The notes below the pieces were generated by a model that saw only the letters and a program-made list of their open reading frames with translations, was not told where the DNA came from and searched no databases. Positions 29,219-38,674 of a DNA stretch of 64,000 bases are shown piece by piece (within the stretch, counting starts at the first letter, position 1; every line of letters begins with the position of its first letter). The stretch is from an uncultured Planctomycetia bacterium (GTDB lineage: Bacteria > Omnitrophota > Gorgyraeia > Duberdicusellales > 4484-171), in contig CAZAYU010000007.1 in assembly GCA_964489445.1 (NCBI GenBank), positions 37,579 to 101,578 on the forward strand. Direction: 5' to 3'. Both the position numbers and the translations under genes were made by a program.

Positions 29219-29662
29219 TTAAATTTTTATTTTTGGAGGAAACGATTCTCCTGCTTCCTGCTCTGTCATAGGAGCTGAACCGTGCATATGCACAATAAGC
29301 CACTTTTGGCCTCGCTGTTCCAATACTATGCTCGTACGCATTGTTAGCTCTGCTTTCTGCCCATGAATAGCCACGTGTACTAAATAATCGGCAGCAACCC
29401 ATGCCACTGTTCCGGCAGCCGATATTGTATACCATCCCAAATTGCAGGAAATACTGTCGCATTGACTGAAGTCACGCTCAAATTGAGCCCTAATTTCTTT
29501 TGGCCCAACTCTCTTTTCGTCTTTGCCCGTACCAATACACACTACGTCCGGATCTGAAGCAAAAAGATCCAGCATTCCATTTACGTCCTTTTTTTCGTAA
29601 CACTCAAATGACCGTTTCAGAATCTTCATAATCTCGGTCTCGGTTTTTACATCTGCTTTCAC
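29219..29662 (-). CDS. NTF2-like/SnoaL-like (DUF4440-type) small protein
   Basis: At 147 aa with a pattern of alpha+beta cone fold residues. The segment is higher in GC. Confidence 0.5.
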   Translation of the reverse strand: MKADVKTETEIMKILKRSFECYEKKDVNGMLDLFASDPDVVCIGTGKDEKRVGPKEIRAQFERDFSQCDSISCNLGWYTISAAGTVAWVAADYLVHVAIHGQKAELTMRTSIVLEQRGQKWLIVHMHGSAPMTEQEAGESFPPKIKI

Positions 29663-29696
29663 GTTATGCCTCCTTTTTTACGCATATAGACTTTTT

Positions 29697-30887
29697 TCAT
29701 GGCTTTCTCGATTTCAATATGCCTTTCTTTAAGAAAGACGTATATTGGATGGCATCAACCGGACAAACATTCAAGCAACGAGCACAACTAAAACAATCTG
29801 CCGGCATTTTCTTGCTGTTAACCAGTCCTGCTGCGGCTTCCAGGGGACATGCCTTTATACAAGCACCACATTGAGTACACTTCTCTTTATCAACTCGCAC
29901 ACGAAAAGCGCTGAATCGCTCAGCTATCCAAGAAATAAGACCAAAAGGACAGATAAGCTGACAAAATGGGCGATAGGCAATGAATGATAGCAACAAGGTA
30001 ATGATTACAATTAAGAGAATACTGAATGTTTCAAAATGTAAATCAAAAAGATTAAAGGGGTTAATATAGTGGTAAATTACAAATCCCTTGCGCTCCCCAA
30101 TGATTCCAAATAGTAAAAGAAACATGGCAATAAAAAGACATGCGCGAATTGTGTTTGTGAGCATAAATGGCAGTTTTCTTTTTTTGATTTTTCGCAAAAT
30201 TGGAATACTGTAGATAAGCTCTTGCAAAGCACCAAAAGGACACGCCCAGCCGCAAATCATCTTATTACCAATAACAGCGAGCATAATAAAAAAACCAAAA
30301 GCAATTGCTTTGACTATTGGATCGGGATAAAGCCCTACCATGGATTTTAATACCTTGACGGTCCCCTCCATGGGGTTAGGCGATTTACCAAGAAGGAACC
30401 CAGCTACTACTACAGAAAACAAAAGAACAATAATATACGGGGTTTTTGGATACCATGTGCAGTGGCTCTTACTATCCGATCCGTCGGGACGCCCCAGCCT
30501 TACAAGAAATACAAGCCCAAAGAGAACCAGTGCTGCATAAATATAATATTTAAGTATGGACTCACGATGGGAGAGAATATGCTCAATGGCATGATCAAGC
30601 TCTTCGTATGCCACACCTAACGTTCGGACTGGTTTTTTCTTAGAAACGTCAAGTGGCAGTTCAAGTTCCCTGGCAAGACCTTTACCTGTGACTCCAAGTT
30701 TGGGAGCAATATCTTGAATAGACATATTAATGTTGAAATCAATCGATTCCTTTGATTTGCTCGATGAGTTCAACAAAATCCCAAGGACTATAATCGCGAG
30801 CATTCCTGCCACAGTCACGAATAACCAGATCCGCTGTTTAAAAGAAATTTGAGAAAACCAAGAACTAGTATTCATTTTGTCTTCCAC
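29697..30887 (-). CDS. NapH/MauN-like membrane-bound polyferredoxin (4Fe-4S)
   Basis: Multiple TM segments are followed by two CxxCxxCxxxCP motifs (CTQCGACIKACP, CFSCARCLNVCP). Confidence 0.7.
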   Translation of the reverse strand: MEDKMNTSSWFSQISFKQRIWLFVTVAGMLAIIVLGILLNSSSKSKESIDFNINMSIQDIAPKLGVTGKGLARELELPLDVSKKKPVRTLGVAYEELDHAIEHILSHRESILKYYIYAALVLFGLVFLVRLGRPDGSDSKSHCTWYPKTPYIIVLLFSVVVAGFLLGKSPNPMEGTVKVLKSMVGLYPDPIVKAIAFGFFIMLAVIGNKMICGWACPFGALQELIYSIPILRKIKKRKLPFMLTNTIRACLFIAMFLLLFGIIGERKGFVIYHYINPFNLFDLHFETFSILLIVIITLLLSFIAYRPFCQLICPFGLISWIAERFSAFRVRVDKEKCTQCGACIKACPLEAAAGLVNSKKMPADCFSCARCLNVCPVDAIQYTSFLKKGILKSRKP

Positions 30888-30992
30888 AATTAATTGTTAT
30901 AAGATCAGGGATCTGTTTCCAAACAATCCAGTCAATTAACCCAGAAAAAACTACACCTAAATGTGAATATGCTAATCTTTCTTATGTAATAT

Positions 30993-31880
30993 CTATCCTA
31001 GCGGCTCAATATGCACTGAAATAAAAACATTGCTACCGAATACTTCCTTTATCTTCTCCTCTACGTTTATGGAGACAACATGGCCTTCGGTAATATTTAA
31101 ATTCTTATTTACTTTTATATGTAAATCAATAGCTATGTGACTACCTATTCTACGTGTTTTAAGATTATGCGGTATTTCAGCACCGGGAACAGAACGAACA
31201 ACAGACAGAATTTTATCTTCTTCTTCATCGCTTAAGGATACTTCCAGCAATTCGTTAATGGCTCCTGTAGAAATTACAATGGCAGTTTTAATAATAAACA
31301 AACTCACTATAATTGCGGCTATAGGATCGAGAATATACCATTTTTCTCCGAGAATTATTGCGCCGCCTATTCCAACCATTGCCCCCACAGAAGAAAAAGC
31401 ATCTGACCGATGATGCCACGCGTTAGCAATAATTGCCTGGCTGTTAATTGCCCTTCCCACCTTTGCGGTATAACGATATAAACATTCTTTACTTATTATA
31501 GAAATTATAGCTGCATAAAATGCTATTAGTCCTGGCCGGGGAGCTATCTGTCCTTGATAAAACTGAAAAACACGACACAATCCAAACCAGCAAATCCTAA
31601 AGCCCACAATTAGTAAAATTACACCAATAATTACTGTTGTTAGGGTTTCAACCTTGCCATGTCCATAATCATGACTCTTGTCAGCAGGTTTATCGACAAT
31701 TTTAAAGCCAAATAATACCACAATGTCTGTAGCCAGATCGGAAAGAGAATGAAAAGCATCAGCAATCATAACCACACTTTGGCCCCACACGCCCGCCAAT
31801 AGCTTTAAAAAGGTTAAGGCAAGATCAACAAAAAGTCCAACCCATGTAACACGACTTGCTTTGGTGACTCTACTTATCAT
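30993..31880 (-). CDS. Cation diffusion facilitator family metal efflux transporter
   Basis: Six TM segments carry HxxxD-type motifs (DAFHSLSD, HHRSDAFSS), followed by a C-terminal cytoplasmic domain. A TATAAT box lies 7 nt upstream of the ATG, which would give a leaderless transcript. Confidence 0.85.
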   Translation of the reverse strand: MISRVTKASRVTWVGLFVDLALTFLKLLAGVWGQSVVMIADAFHSLSDLATDIVVLFGFKIVDKPADKSHDYGHGKVETLTTVIIGVILLIVGFRICWFGLCRVFQFYQGQIAPRPGLIAFYAAIISIISKECLYRYTAKVGRAINSQAIIANAWHHRSDAFSSVGAMVGIGGAIILGEKWYILDPIAAIIVSLFIIKTAIVISTGAINELLEVSLSDEEEDKILSVVRSVPGAEIPHNLKTRRIGSHIAIDLHIKVNKNLNITEGHVVSINVEEKIKEVFGSNVFISVHIEPLG

Positions 31881-31946
31881 TTGTCTATTATAACAAAAAA
31901 GACTGATTTAGTAAAAGATATTTACGTTGAAAGGATAAAAGTAAAA

Positions 31947-32870
31947 TTAAAAGGAATAGCTCAGGGCAGAAATAAATCGATAATCATTCTTTTTAGCCTG
32001 AGCGTCAGGGCTGGAATTGTAATCATCAACAATGCTAAAGCGTAAAGCCAGCTGTTTATTTATCGGGGTAATTAAAGATGTTTCCGAATGTAAACGATAT
32101 TCTCCGCCATGGCTTAGTGAAGGATATAGTTGCACCTCTTGAATAATTTTCAATTTAGAAAAAATTTGCTTTTCCAAAAGAATCCGGGGAGTTAAAACTA
32201 TTTCTGTCTTGTTAGCAGAACCATTACTATAATGGGTATACTCGTATCCTACGCCACAATCAGCCATTAGCTTAAACTGCTCTTGTGTAGCAAACCAATA
32301 CCCCACCCCCAGAGAAGGAACTAGGCGATATCCTATACTATCAAAGCGATCATGGTCACCCTCAATCTTGCTATACCGATACCAACGCTTATTTTTAAAA
32401 CTCTGGGCATATCTAAGCGAAGCCCGCCATCTTTGTGCATTCATTTGTTTATTTGTTGAACTGTAATAAATATCACCGCGAGTAGTAAACTCATCGTGAT
32501 CTGTTTTCCGATTTAAAAGCCCTTGAATGTTCAACTGACTTTCTTTGGTATTTCCGCCAGATTGATTGCAGCCCAAAGAAAGCTCACCATTCCATAATTT
32601 TTCCTCCCTAACCTCATTAGCATCGGGAATATCGTTAGCCTTACCTGTAGAATCTTTTTTACTGTCCAAGATAATGCTGCGGATGAATTTTTTCTCTACA
32701 GAAATCCTACCAACTGCCTCAGTTTCAACGGTTACAAGATCCTCACTGTTATCATCAATAATCACTCCGCTTATCCGATCGCCATTCTCTAGATATATCT
32801 GCCCACAATAAGCAGGAATCGATAAAACCAGAAAGCATAAAAAACAAAAATAAATTCTAATAAATAACAT
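31947..32870 (-). CDS. DUF481-family putative outer-membrane beta-barrel protein
   Basis: A signal peptide is followed by an N-terminal IYLENGDRISGVII motif typical of DUF481, and the protein ends with a C-terminal aromatic residue (...SYSF). Confidence 0.55.
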   Translation of the reverse strand: MLFIRIYFCFLCFLVLSIPAYCGQIYLENGDRISGVIIDDNSEDLVTVETEAVGRISVEKKFIRSIILDSKKDSTGKANDIPDANEVREEKLWNGELSLGCNQSGGNTKESQLNIQGLLNRKTDHDEFTTRGDIYYSSTNKQMNAQRWRASLRYAQSFKNKRWYRYSKIEGDHDRFDSIGYRLVPSLGVGYWFATQEQFKLMADCGVGYEYTHYSNGSANKTEIVLTPRILLEKQIFSKLKIIQEVQLYPSLSHGGEYRLHSETSLITPINKQLALRFSIVDDYNSSPDAQAKKNDYRFISALSYSF

Positions 32871-32892
32871 TAATCTTCTGCTCTTTCCTTAA

Positions 32893-33561
32893 TTAGTTGC
32901 TCTTATTTTCATAGCCTACAGTTTGGGTAAGAACTATTTCTTGATCAGGACGTAAATTCATTACTTTATGCAAAACATCTTTATTTACCCAGCCTCTTGC
33001 AACTGTTGCCAACTCTTTTGACGCGCAATACAAATATACATTTTGAGAAATGAACCCGGTATCTACTGCCGAGTAAAAACGTTTGTTGTCTTCTACTTTA
33101 TCCATCCGAGAATAATCTGCCACATAGATAAGGTTGACTGCAGCCACAGAAACAAATTCCTGTTCACCTGTAGAGCTGCGGATATCCTCATCTAGCATTA
33201 ATTGCAGTGTGTGGTCTTTCGCATTGTAAAGATAAAGGCCATCTTTCATAGCAACAAAAATATCAATTTCCTGCATATTGCAAGCCGAAGGTGCAGTACG
33301 TAATCCGGAATCTGGTCGGTTTATTCCAAAGGCCGCCCATAACAAATCGGATAATACCTGTTTTGGTAGCTTCTTGCTACTAAAATTACGGCTAGACCTT
33401 CTTTCCTTTAGTGACTGTACTAGTGACTTACCTCCTGCTGCCTGCACTTTGGGAAGCTTTATGATTTCTGATATAACAGCTTGGTCTGTTGTGCCTACTT
33501 CCGCAAAAACATTAGATGCTGACAAACAAATTACTATTATTGACACCCACACTTTCATCAA
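32893..33561 (-). CDS. Secreted nitroreductase-family (SagB-type) protein
   Basis: A signal peptide is followed by the nitroreductase-fold N-terminus LKERRSSRNFSSKKLPKQVLSDLLWAAFGINRP. Confidence 0.65.
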   Translation of the reverse strand: MMKVWVSIIVICLSASNVFAEVGTTDQAVISEIIKLPKVQAAGGKSLVQSLKERRSSRNFSSKKLPKQVLSDLLWAAFGINRPDSGLRTAPSACNMQEIDIFVAMKDGLYLYNAKDHTLQLMLDEDIRSSTGEQEFVSVAAVNLIYVADYSRMDKVEDNKRFYSAVDTGFISQNVYLYCASKELATVARGWVNKDVLHKVMNLRPDQEIVLTQTVGYENKSN

Positions 33562-33624
33562 TATCCCCTTTACATCTAATAATTAATTTAAATTTAATTA
33601 CTCTAGAATAGAATAAATAAAAAA

Positions 33625-34134
33625 TTATAGCCAGCTAATTAATTCATCCAATGATTTCTTCGGCTTAGGCATTGCAGGCTCCAGCGGATACCCCAAAGAA
33701 ATAACGCTGACTAATAACTCGCCTGGACATGCCTTTGCGAACGAAGCAACTTTATTAGCATAATCCTTTTTATCGCCAGCTATCCAACAAGCACCAATAC
33801 CTAAAGAAGAAGCAGCAAGCAATATATTTTGTGTAGCAGCCGAGCAGTCTTCAAGGTAGTACTTAGTATCCGCTGATAATATAATTATTGCAGCGACTGC
33901 TTCAACCATAAAAGCACCATTCGGTGATACTATTTGAGATAATTCCTTTATTTTTTTCTTATCCACAGTTACAATAAATCGCCAAGGCTGCACATTACGT
34001 GCAGTAGCTGCCAGGCGTCCGGCGTCCACGATTCGCTCAATATCTTTACGCTCAATAGGCTTGCTGGCATATTTGCGTACTGACACTCGTTTATTTACAA
34101 CATCAAAAAAATCCATATTTTTACTCTGAAACAA
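33625..34134 (-). CDS. Nitroreductase family protein
   Basis: VVNKRVSVRKYASKPIERKDIERIVDAGRLAATARNVQPWRFIV is the canonical nitroreductase N-terminus. Confidence 0.8.
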   Translation of the reverse strand: MFQSKNMDFFDVVNKRVSVRKYASKPIERKDIERIVDAGRLAATARNVQPWRFIVTVDKKKIKELSQIVSPNGAFMVEAVAAIIILSADTKYYLEDCSAATQNILLAASSLGIGACWIAGDKKDYANKVASFAKACPGELLVSVISLGYPLEPAMPKPKKSLDELISWL

Positions 34135-34756
34135 TAGGATACGTAGCTATTATACCTTTTGCGGTATCAACTTTGTCTCCTTCCTTAACCTTAATTTCAC
34201 ACTCCGGAGGTAATAATAGGGCAACGGCAGAACCTAGTTTTATGTGCCCTATTTTATCGCCCCTCCCAACGCTATCCCCCACAGACACGTCACAGACAAT
34301 TCTACGAGCTACCAGGCCTGCAATTTGAATCACTGTTAATGTTATATCCCCATCAATGACAATACTATTGTGTTCATTGCTCTTGTATGCATCTTTTAAA
34401 AACACATTACGATGCATGCCTGGTTTATGTTTAATTTGACGTATCTCCCCGGCAATAGGACTCACTGTAACATGCTTATGGTATAACTTCATAAAAATAA
34501 TCACCAAAGATGATCCGTCTTTTATATACGGTTCAAGCTCAGAGAAAGAACATTGTTTATCGAAACAGTTAATTTCTAAAGGATTACAATCAGCTACCTT
34601 AATATTATTAATAATCTTTAGAACGTGACCTTCTGTTGGAGAGATAACTAAGTTATCTCCTTTGGGCATTTTTTCTTTTAGTGACGGTATTGTGTAACAA
34701 CCACACAAAAACATCATACAACCCAAAAATAAATAAAAAATGTAACGCATTTTCAA
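34121..34756 (-). CDS. Phosphatidylserine decarboxylase-related protein (short form)
   Basis: The C-terminal motif GDKIGHIKLGSAV resembles the Psd LGST pyruvoyl-forming site. There is an N-terminal signal/TM segment and the protein is 211 aa. Confidence 0.55.
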   Translation of the reverse strand: MKMRYIFYLFLGCMMFLCGCYTIPSLKEKMPKGDNLVISPTEGHVLKIINNIKVADCNPLEINCFDKQCSFSELEPYIKDGSSLVIIFMKLYHKHVTVSPIAGEIRQIKHKPGMHRNVFLKDAYKSNEHNSIVIDGDITLTVIQIAGLVARRIVCDVSVGDSVGRGDKIGHIKLGSAVALLLPPECEIKVKEGDKVDTAKGIIATYPIVSE

Positions 34757-35992
34757 TTAAAATATGTCCGCAATCAGATCTAAATAATCAGATATTAACC
34801 TGGTCGTAAGAAATTTTTCTCTTACCGATTCCTTAGCAGCTTTTCCCATTTTCTGGCTAAGCTTAGGATCTTTTAACAACTTAATAACTCTGTCGGCACA
34901 CATTCTGTAGTTGTGTGGATCAACGAGAAATCCAGTTTTTCCATCTATAATTTGATTGGGTATTCCACCAACACATCCGGCAACAACAGGCTTCTCTTTC
35001 CAGAGCGCTTCTGCAACCACAAGACCAAAACCTTCTTTTATTGATTTTTGAATTATCACAGTGGAAAATCTCTGAATAGCATTCACTAAAAGTTCATTAT
35101 TGCCCACCACGAACAAAACATCACCATCATTTACAAATTTCTTTGCTTTTTTATACACTTTTTCGTATATTTTCATCCCTTCCGGATCATCTGTGGCTAA
35201 ATTATAACAATAAAGAAGCCGGCAATCTACTTTTTCTTTTACCAGCGCAAACACATCCAAAACACCTTCGGGATCTTTCCAAATGTCCATACGTGATACT
35301 TGGGTGATGATAGGTTTATCTGTAGGAATATTTGACTTTTTGAGATACTTCATTATTGTCTTAGAAGACAATTCTCTGTTTTTCATTGATAAAGGATCAA
35401 TTGCCGGAGCAATAACTTTTTGTGGAACAGAGATATCATCCTTTCTGTACTTTTCACTAGAAATAATTATCATATCATAGCGAATTATGAACCTTTTTAG
35501 AAATTCCCACAGCTCTTTGTTAGGATCAGTAATGTCAATATGGCATCTCCAAATCCACGGTTGCTGTTTACGGTAAAACTTTATTAGCGGAAGCGGTTGT
35601 GGGTCATGAACAACTAAGCAATCATAGTTATTAAGGTGAGAAAAACTTGCATACTCTTGGTTTATGTCTAAATATAAATTTTTTACCTGATCGGTAAGAG
35701 TGATATCTCCGCTTTGAAGCGCATTATGAAAGGACTTAGTTATATCAAAGAAAGCCGGACTACCATGGATTGTTCGCCATTCAGCGTCAAGGCCAATTTC
35801 ATTCATAAGCGGAACCATTCTTCCTAATATTTCAGCAACACCTCCTCCTAAAAATGTTGCGTTAACATTTGCTATTCGTTTGCCATACAGCTTATTAGCT
35901 TTTTTGTAAATTTTTGAAATAGCATCTGGCCCAACAATATCAATATAGTCACCTACACTTCTTAGCATATCAATCCTCCTCTGTGTAACCAA
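34757..35992 (-). CDS. treT: Trehalose glycosyltransferring synthase (GT4)
   Basis: Strong TreT-like blocks are present (VNATFLGGGVAEIL, PWIWRCHIDITDPNKELWEFLKRF, KPIITQVSRMDIWKD) along with the GT4 EX7E-type C-terminus EGFGLVVAEALWKEKPVV. Confidence 0.75.
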   Translation of the reverse strand: MVTQRRIDMLRSVGDYIDIVGPDAISKIYKKANKLYGKRIANVNATFLGGGVAEILGRMVPLMNEIGLDAEWRTIHGSPAFFDITKSFHNALQSGDITLTDQVKNLYLDINQEYASFSHLNNYDCLVVHDPQPLPLIKFYRKQQPWIWRCHIDITDPNKELWEFLKRFIIRYDMIIISSEKYRKDDISVPQKVIAPAIDPLSMKNRELSSKTIMKYLKKSNIPTDKPIITQVSRMDIWKDPEGVLDVFALVKEKVDCRLLYCYNLATDDPEGMKIYEKVYKKAKKFVNDGDVLFVVGNNELLVNAIQRFSTVIIQKSIKEGFGLVVAEALWKEKPVVAGCVGGIPNQIIDGKTGFLVDPHNYRMCADRVIKLLKDPKLSQKMGKAAKESVREKFLTTRLISDYLDLIADIF

Positions 35993-36066
35993 TTATTCAT
36001 TATTTGTTTACCGAAATTTACCTTTTAAAAAGAATCATCGCTTATTACAAGTTACATTTTAATTTT

Positions 36067-36094
36067 ATTATAACAAAAATAAACTATCCAGTAA
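36067..36094 (-). promoter_or_regulatory. Conserved-type promoter upstream of treT
   Basis: On the minus strand it reads TTACTG-N16-TGTTATAAT. The same architecture appears at 22333-22360, 27190-27217 and 31887-31914. Confidence 0.45.
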
Positions 36095-36107
36095 GACATA
36101 CTTAACA

Positions 36108-36136
36108 ACAAAATAAAAAAGGCCGATTATGTGGCC
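36108..36136 (-). terminator. Candidate intrinsic terminator after the ferritin gene
   Basis: On the minus strand a GGCC-acataatc-GGCC hairpin is followed by TTTTTTATTTT. Confidence 0.35.
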
Positions 36137-36184
36137 GCATACATGAAGTCTATGTAATTCATCGAGTTAAACACTTAAATGCTA

Positions 36185-36694
36185 TCAGTTTAAAACTGGC
36201 ATAACAGGAATAAGACGAGTAGCCATATCCTTGTCTATGAAAAGTATAGCCGATGAATCATTCTTTACAAGTGAAAGTTTTACTAAAACATCACTCGGAT
36301 TTTTTTCTTCTTCAATCTGTTCGCTTATGAACCATTGTAGCTTTATTTTGGCAGCATTATCATTTACGCCTTCCGCAATATTATACAAATCATTAATGCT
36401 TTTTGTAACTTTTTTCTCATGCGCAAGAGTCTTTTCAAACACATCACCGACTGAGTCAAAATCAATATCAGGCTGATCAATCGCTCCTAAAACCACTCTG
36501 CTGTTGCGGTTGTTCATGAAATTAAAAAATATCATAGCGTGAATAATCTCCTCTTGCGCTTGCATTTGCATCCAGTGGCTAAAACCATCAAGCCCCTGCG
36601 CAGCGAAATAAGCAGACATTGAAAGATAAAGATACGAAGAATAAAGTTCTTTTACAATTTGCTCATTAATTGCTTTTGCTAATTTACTATCCAT
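36185..36694 (-). CDS. ftn: Bacterial non-haem ferritin
   Basis: The ferritin-like diiron ligands are present (E...EEIIHAM), the protein is 169 aa and the fold is a four-helix bundle. Confidence 0.85.
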   Translation of the reverse strand: MDSKLAKAINEQIVKELYSSYLYLSMSAYFAAQGLDGFSHWMQMQAQEEIIHAMIFFNFMNNRNSRVVLGAIDQPDIDFDSVGDVFEKTLAHEKKVTKSINDLYNIAEGVNDNAAKIKLQWFISEQIEEEKNPSDVLVKLSLVKNDSSAILFIDKDMATRLIPVMPVLN

Positions 36695-36736
36695 AATTAT
36701 GACCTCCTTACGATTTTAAACACGATAGCTATACCT

Positions 36737-37171
36737 TTACAGATTTGTTTCTTCAATCCAACAGCCATGCAAGCTACAATGTCCAATTACAGATAATTTT
36801 CCACTTTCTACCTTAAGGTGCAGTGCGGCAGCTGGATTAAGTTTTTCCGGCGTAAGATGAACTCTAGCTAAAAAATCATTGTCCAGATAAAAATCAATAA
36901 ACACGATATAATGCTCTTGCGTCATAGGATGGGTAACTTTTCCTATCTTTGCATGAATGTCTTGACACCCTTCGGGAATGAGACCGCACTTCTTTTCAAC
37001 TACTATAACCGGTGTGTGTTTTTCGCTTAAATTTAATTCATCTTGAGCAATCTTAATCGCATCTAGCTTCTCTTGAAATGATGTCCTGGGCGCTCCACAT
37101 ACTGGGCATTTATCCGGTGCACCTTCGTTTAGAGATATATAGCCACAAACACGGCAAACTATTCCTTTCAT
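36737..37171 (-). CDS. Superoxide reductase (desulfoferrodoxin family) with an N-terminal rubredoxin-like Cys4 domain
   Basis: The N-terminal Cys4 domain is CRVCGYI...CPVCGAP. The C-terminal SOR centre has HTPV...HPMTQEHYIVFID...CSLHGCW. Confidence 0.75.
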   Translation of the reverse strand: MKGIVCRVCGYISLNEGAPDKCPVCGAPRTSFQEKLDAIKIAQDELNLSEKHTPVIVVEKKCGLIPEGCQDIHAKIGKVTHPMTQEHYIVFIDFYLDNDFLARVHLTPEKLNPAAALHLKVESGKLSVIGHCSLHGCWIEETNL

Positions 37172-37242
37172 GAGAACCCCCTTTTTTTAATATATTTTCT
37201 ATTAAAAGGTATTTATCCGTGCTACTTTTGTAGTGTTGTTTT

Positions 37243-37434
37243 TTAGACTTTTCTTTTTCTGCCCAGAAAAAAACCTATGATAAAACCAATAGTCATTACT
37301 ATTGGCAGCAAAATAATTCTGGACATACTTATTTTCCAAAACAAAAATTGAACTGATACAACCTGTGTGTTCTGAAGCAGAATAATTAACAATATTACTG
37401 CCAGAATAAAAATGAAAATAGCTTTAGCCTTCAT
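37243..37434 (-). CDS. Small two-TM membrane protein, LapA/DUF1049-like
   Basis: At 63 aa it has two hydrophobic helices and a basic C-terminus. Confidence 0.4.
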   Translation of the reverse strand: MKAKAIFIFILAVILLIILLQNTQVVSVQFLFWKISMSRIILLPIVMTIGFIIGFFLGRKRKV

Positions 37435-37566
37435 AACCTGCCCCCTGTTTTTAGCTTACGCTATTATACCAACTTACACCAAAAAACAACACATTATTAT
37501 TTGGCTGAAAATACAGAGATAAAGTATTTTATTTGATAACGACAGCATGCATGATATTATAGCTTC

Positions 37567-38607
37567 ATGTTTAATGTTATAAAAAATAAGATCAACGAGG
37601 AGCTGGAAAAATATATTAGCTATGTAGATAAAAAATACAACCTACATCGGATATCTCCCCTTCTTTTGCACAGCATAAAGGAATTTGTTCTACGCGATGG
37701 CAAAAGGCTACGCCCGGCTTTGTTTGTAATCGGGTATAAAGGATTTTCTGCAAAAACTCCTAAAAACCTATTTCGTAGCGCTCTATCTATGGAATTACTC
37801 CATGATTTCTTTCTTATCCATGATGATATAGTGGACAAATCAAATATGCGTCGAGGAAAACCAACAATGCATATTGCACTTGATGAGAAAATTAAAAAAG
37901 CAAAAAAAGCAAAACTCACCGGCCAGGATCTAGCAATAATAACAGGAGATATACTGTACTCACTAGCAATGGAATCTTTTCTGTCCATAAAAACAAGTCC
38001 TGCCCGTAAGGAGAAAGCGCTTATTAAATTCATTGAAGCTGCCTGTTACACCGGCTGCGGAGAGTACATTGAAATGCTTCTTGGCTCTGCTGATATAAAA
38101 AATGTGACAAAGAATAAAATATACGAAATTTACGACTATAAAACCGCACACTACACATTTATTGCTCCGCTTACAGCAGGCGCAATACTTGCCAATGCTT
38201 CAAAGCGGGAGGTTAAGCAACTTTCTGAACTTGGCATAAATTTAGGCAGAGCATTTCAAATCAAAGACGACATCCTAGGCATATTTGGCAATGAAAGCTC
38301 AACTGGGAAATCTTCTCTTACAGATTTAGAGGAAGACAAAAAAACTCTGCTGACTTGGCATGCTTATAATAATGCCTCAGAAAAACAACAATCAATAATA
38401 AGAAAAATAACAACTAAAGGTAAGCTAACCAGGGAAGATTTAAACGAAGCTCAAAGAATTATTAAAAATACAGGAAGTCTGGAATATGCGGAAAAAGAAA
38501 TACAAAAATTTGTTCATCGCTCACTTGATATCTTAAAAGCATCAAAAATGAAATTAAAATATAAAAACGGGTTGCTCTCCTACATCAAAAAGATATTGAA
38601 CCTTTAA
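37567..38607 (+). CDS. Polyprenyl diphosphate synthase (GGPP/FPP synthase family)
   Basis: The first DDxxD is LLHDFFLIHDDIVDKSNMRRGKPT and the second is FQIKDDILG. Confidence 0.85.
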   Translation: MFNVIKNKINEELEKYISYVDKKYNLHRISPLLLHSIKEFVLRDGKRLRPALFVIGYKGFSAKTPKNLFRSALSMELLHDFFLIHDDIVDKSNMRRGKPTMHIALDEKIKKAKKAKLTGQDLAIITGDILYSLAMESFLSIKTSPARKEKALIKFIEAACYTGCGEYIEMLLGSADIKNVTKNKIYEIYDYKTAHYTFIAPLTAGAILANASKREVKQLSELGINLGRAFQIKDDILGIFGNESSTGKSSLTDLEEDKKTLLTWHAYNNASEKQQSIIRKITTKGKLTREDLNEAQRIIKNTGSLEYAEKEIQKFVHRSLDILKASKMKLKYKNGLLSYIKKILNL

Positions 38608-38674
38608 AAAAAGCTTATTTTTGGTATCATTTGCAAAAAATCACCAGAAGCTACATTGAAAAAAAGAAAAATAC

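Noticed and set aside
29205-29462. 85-aa ORF overlapping the NTF2-like gene in another frame
   Set aside because: It is entirely nested within the longer, better-supported ORF
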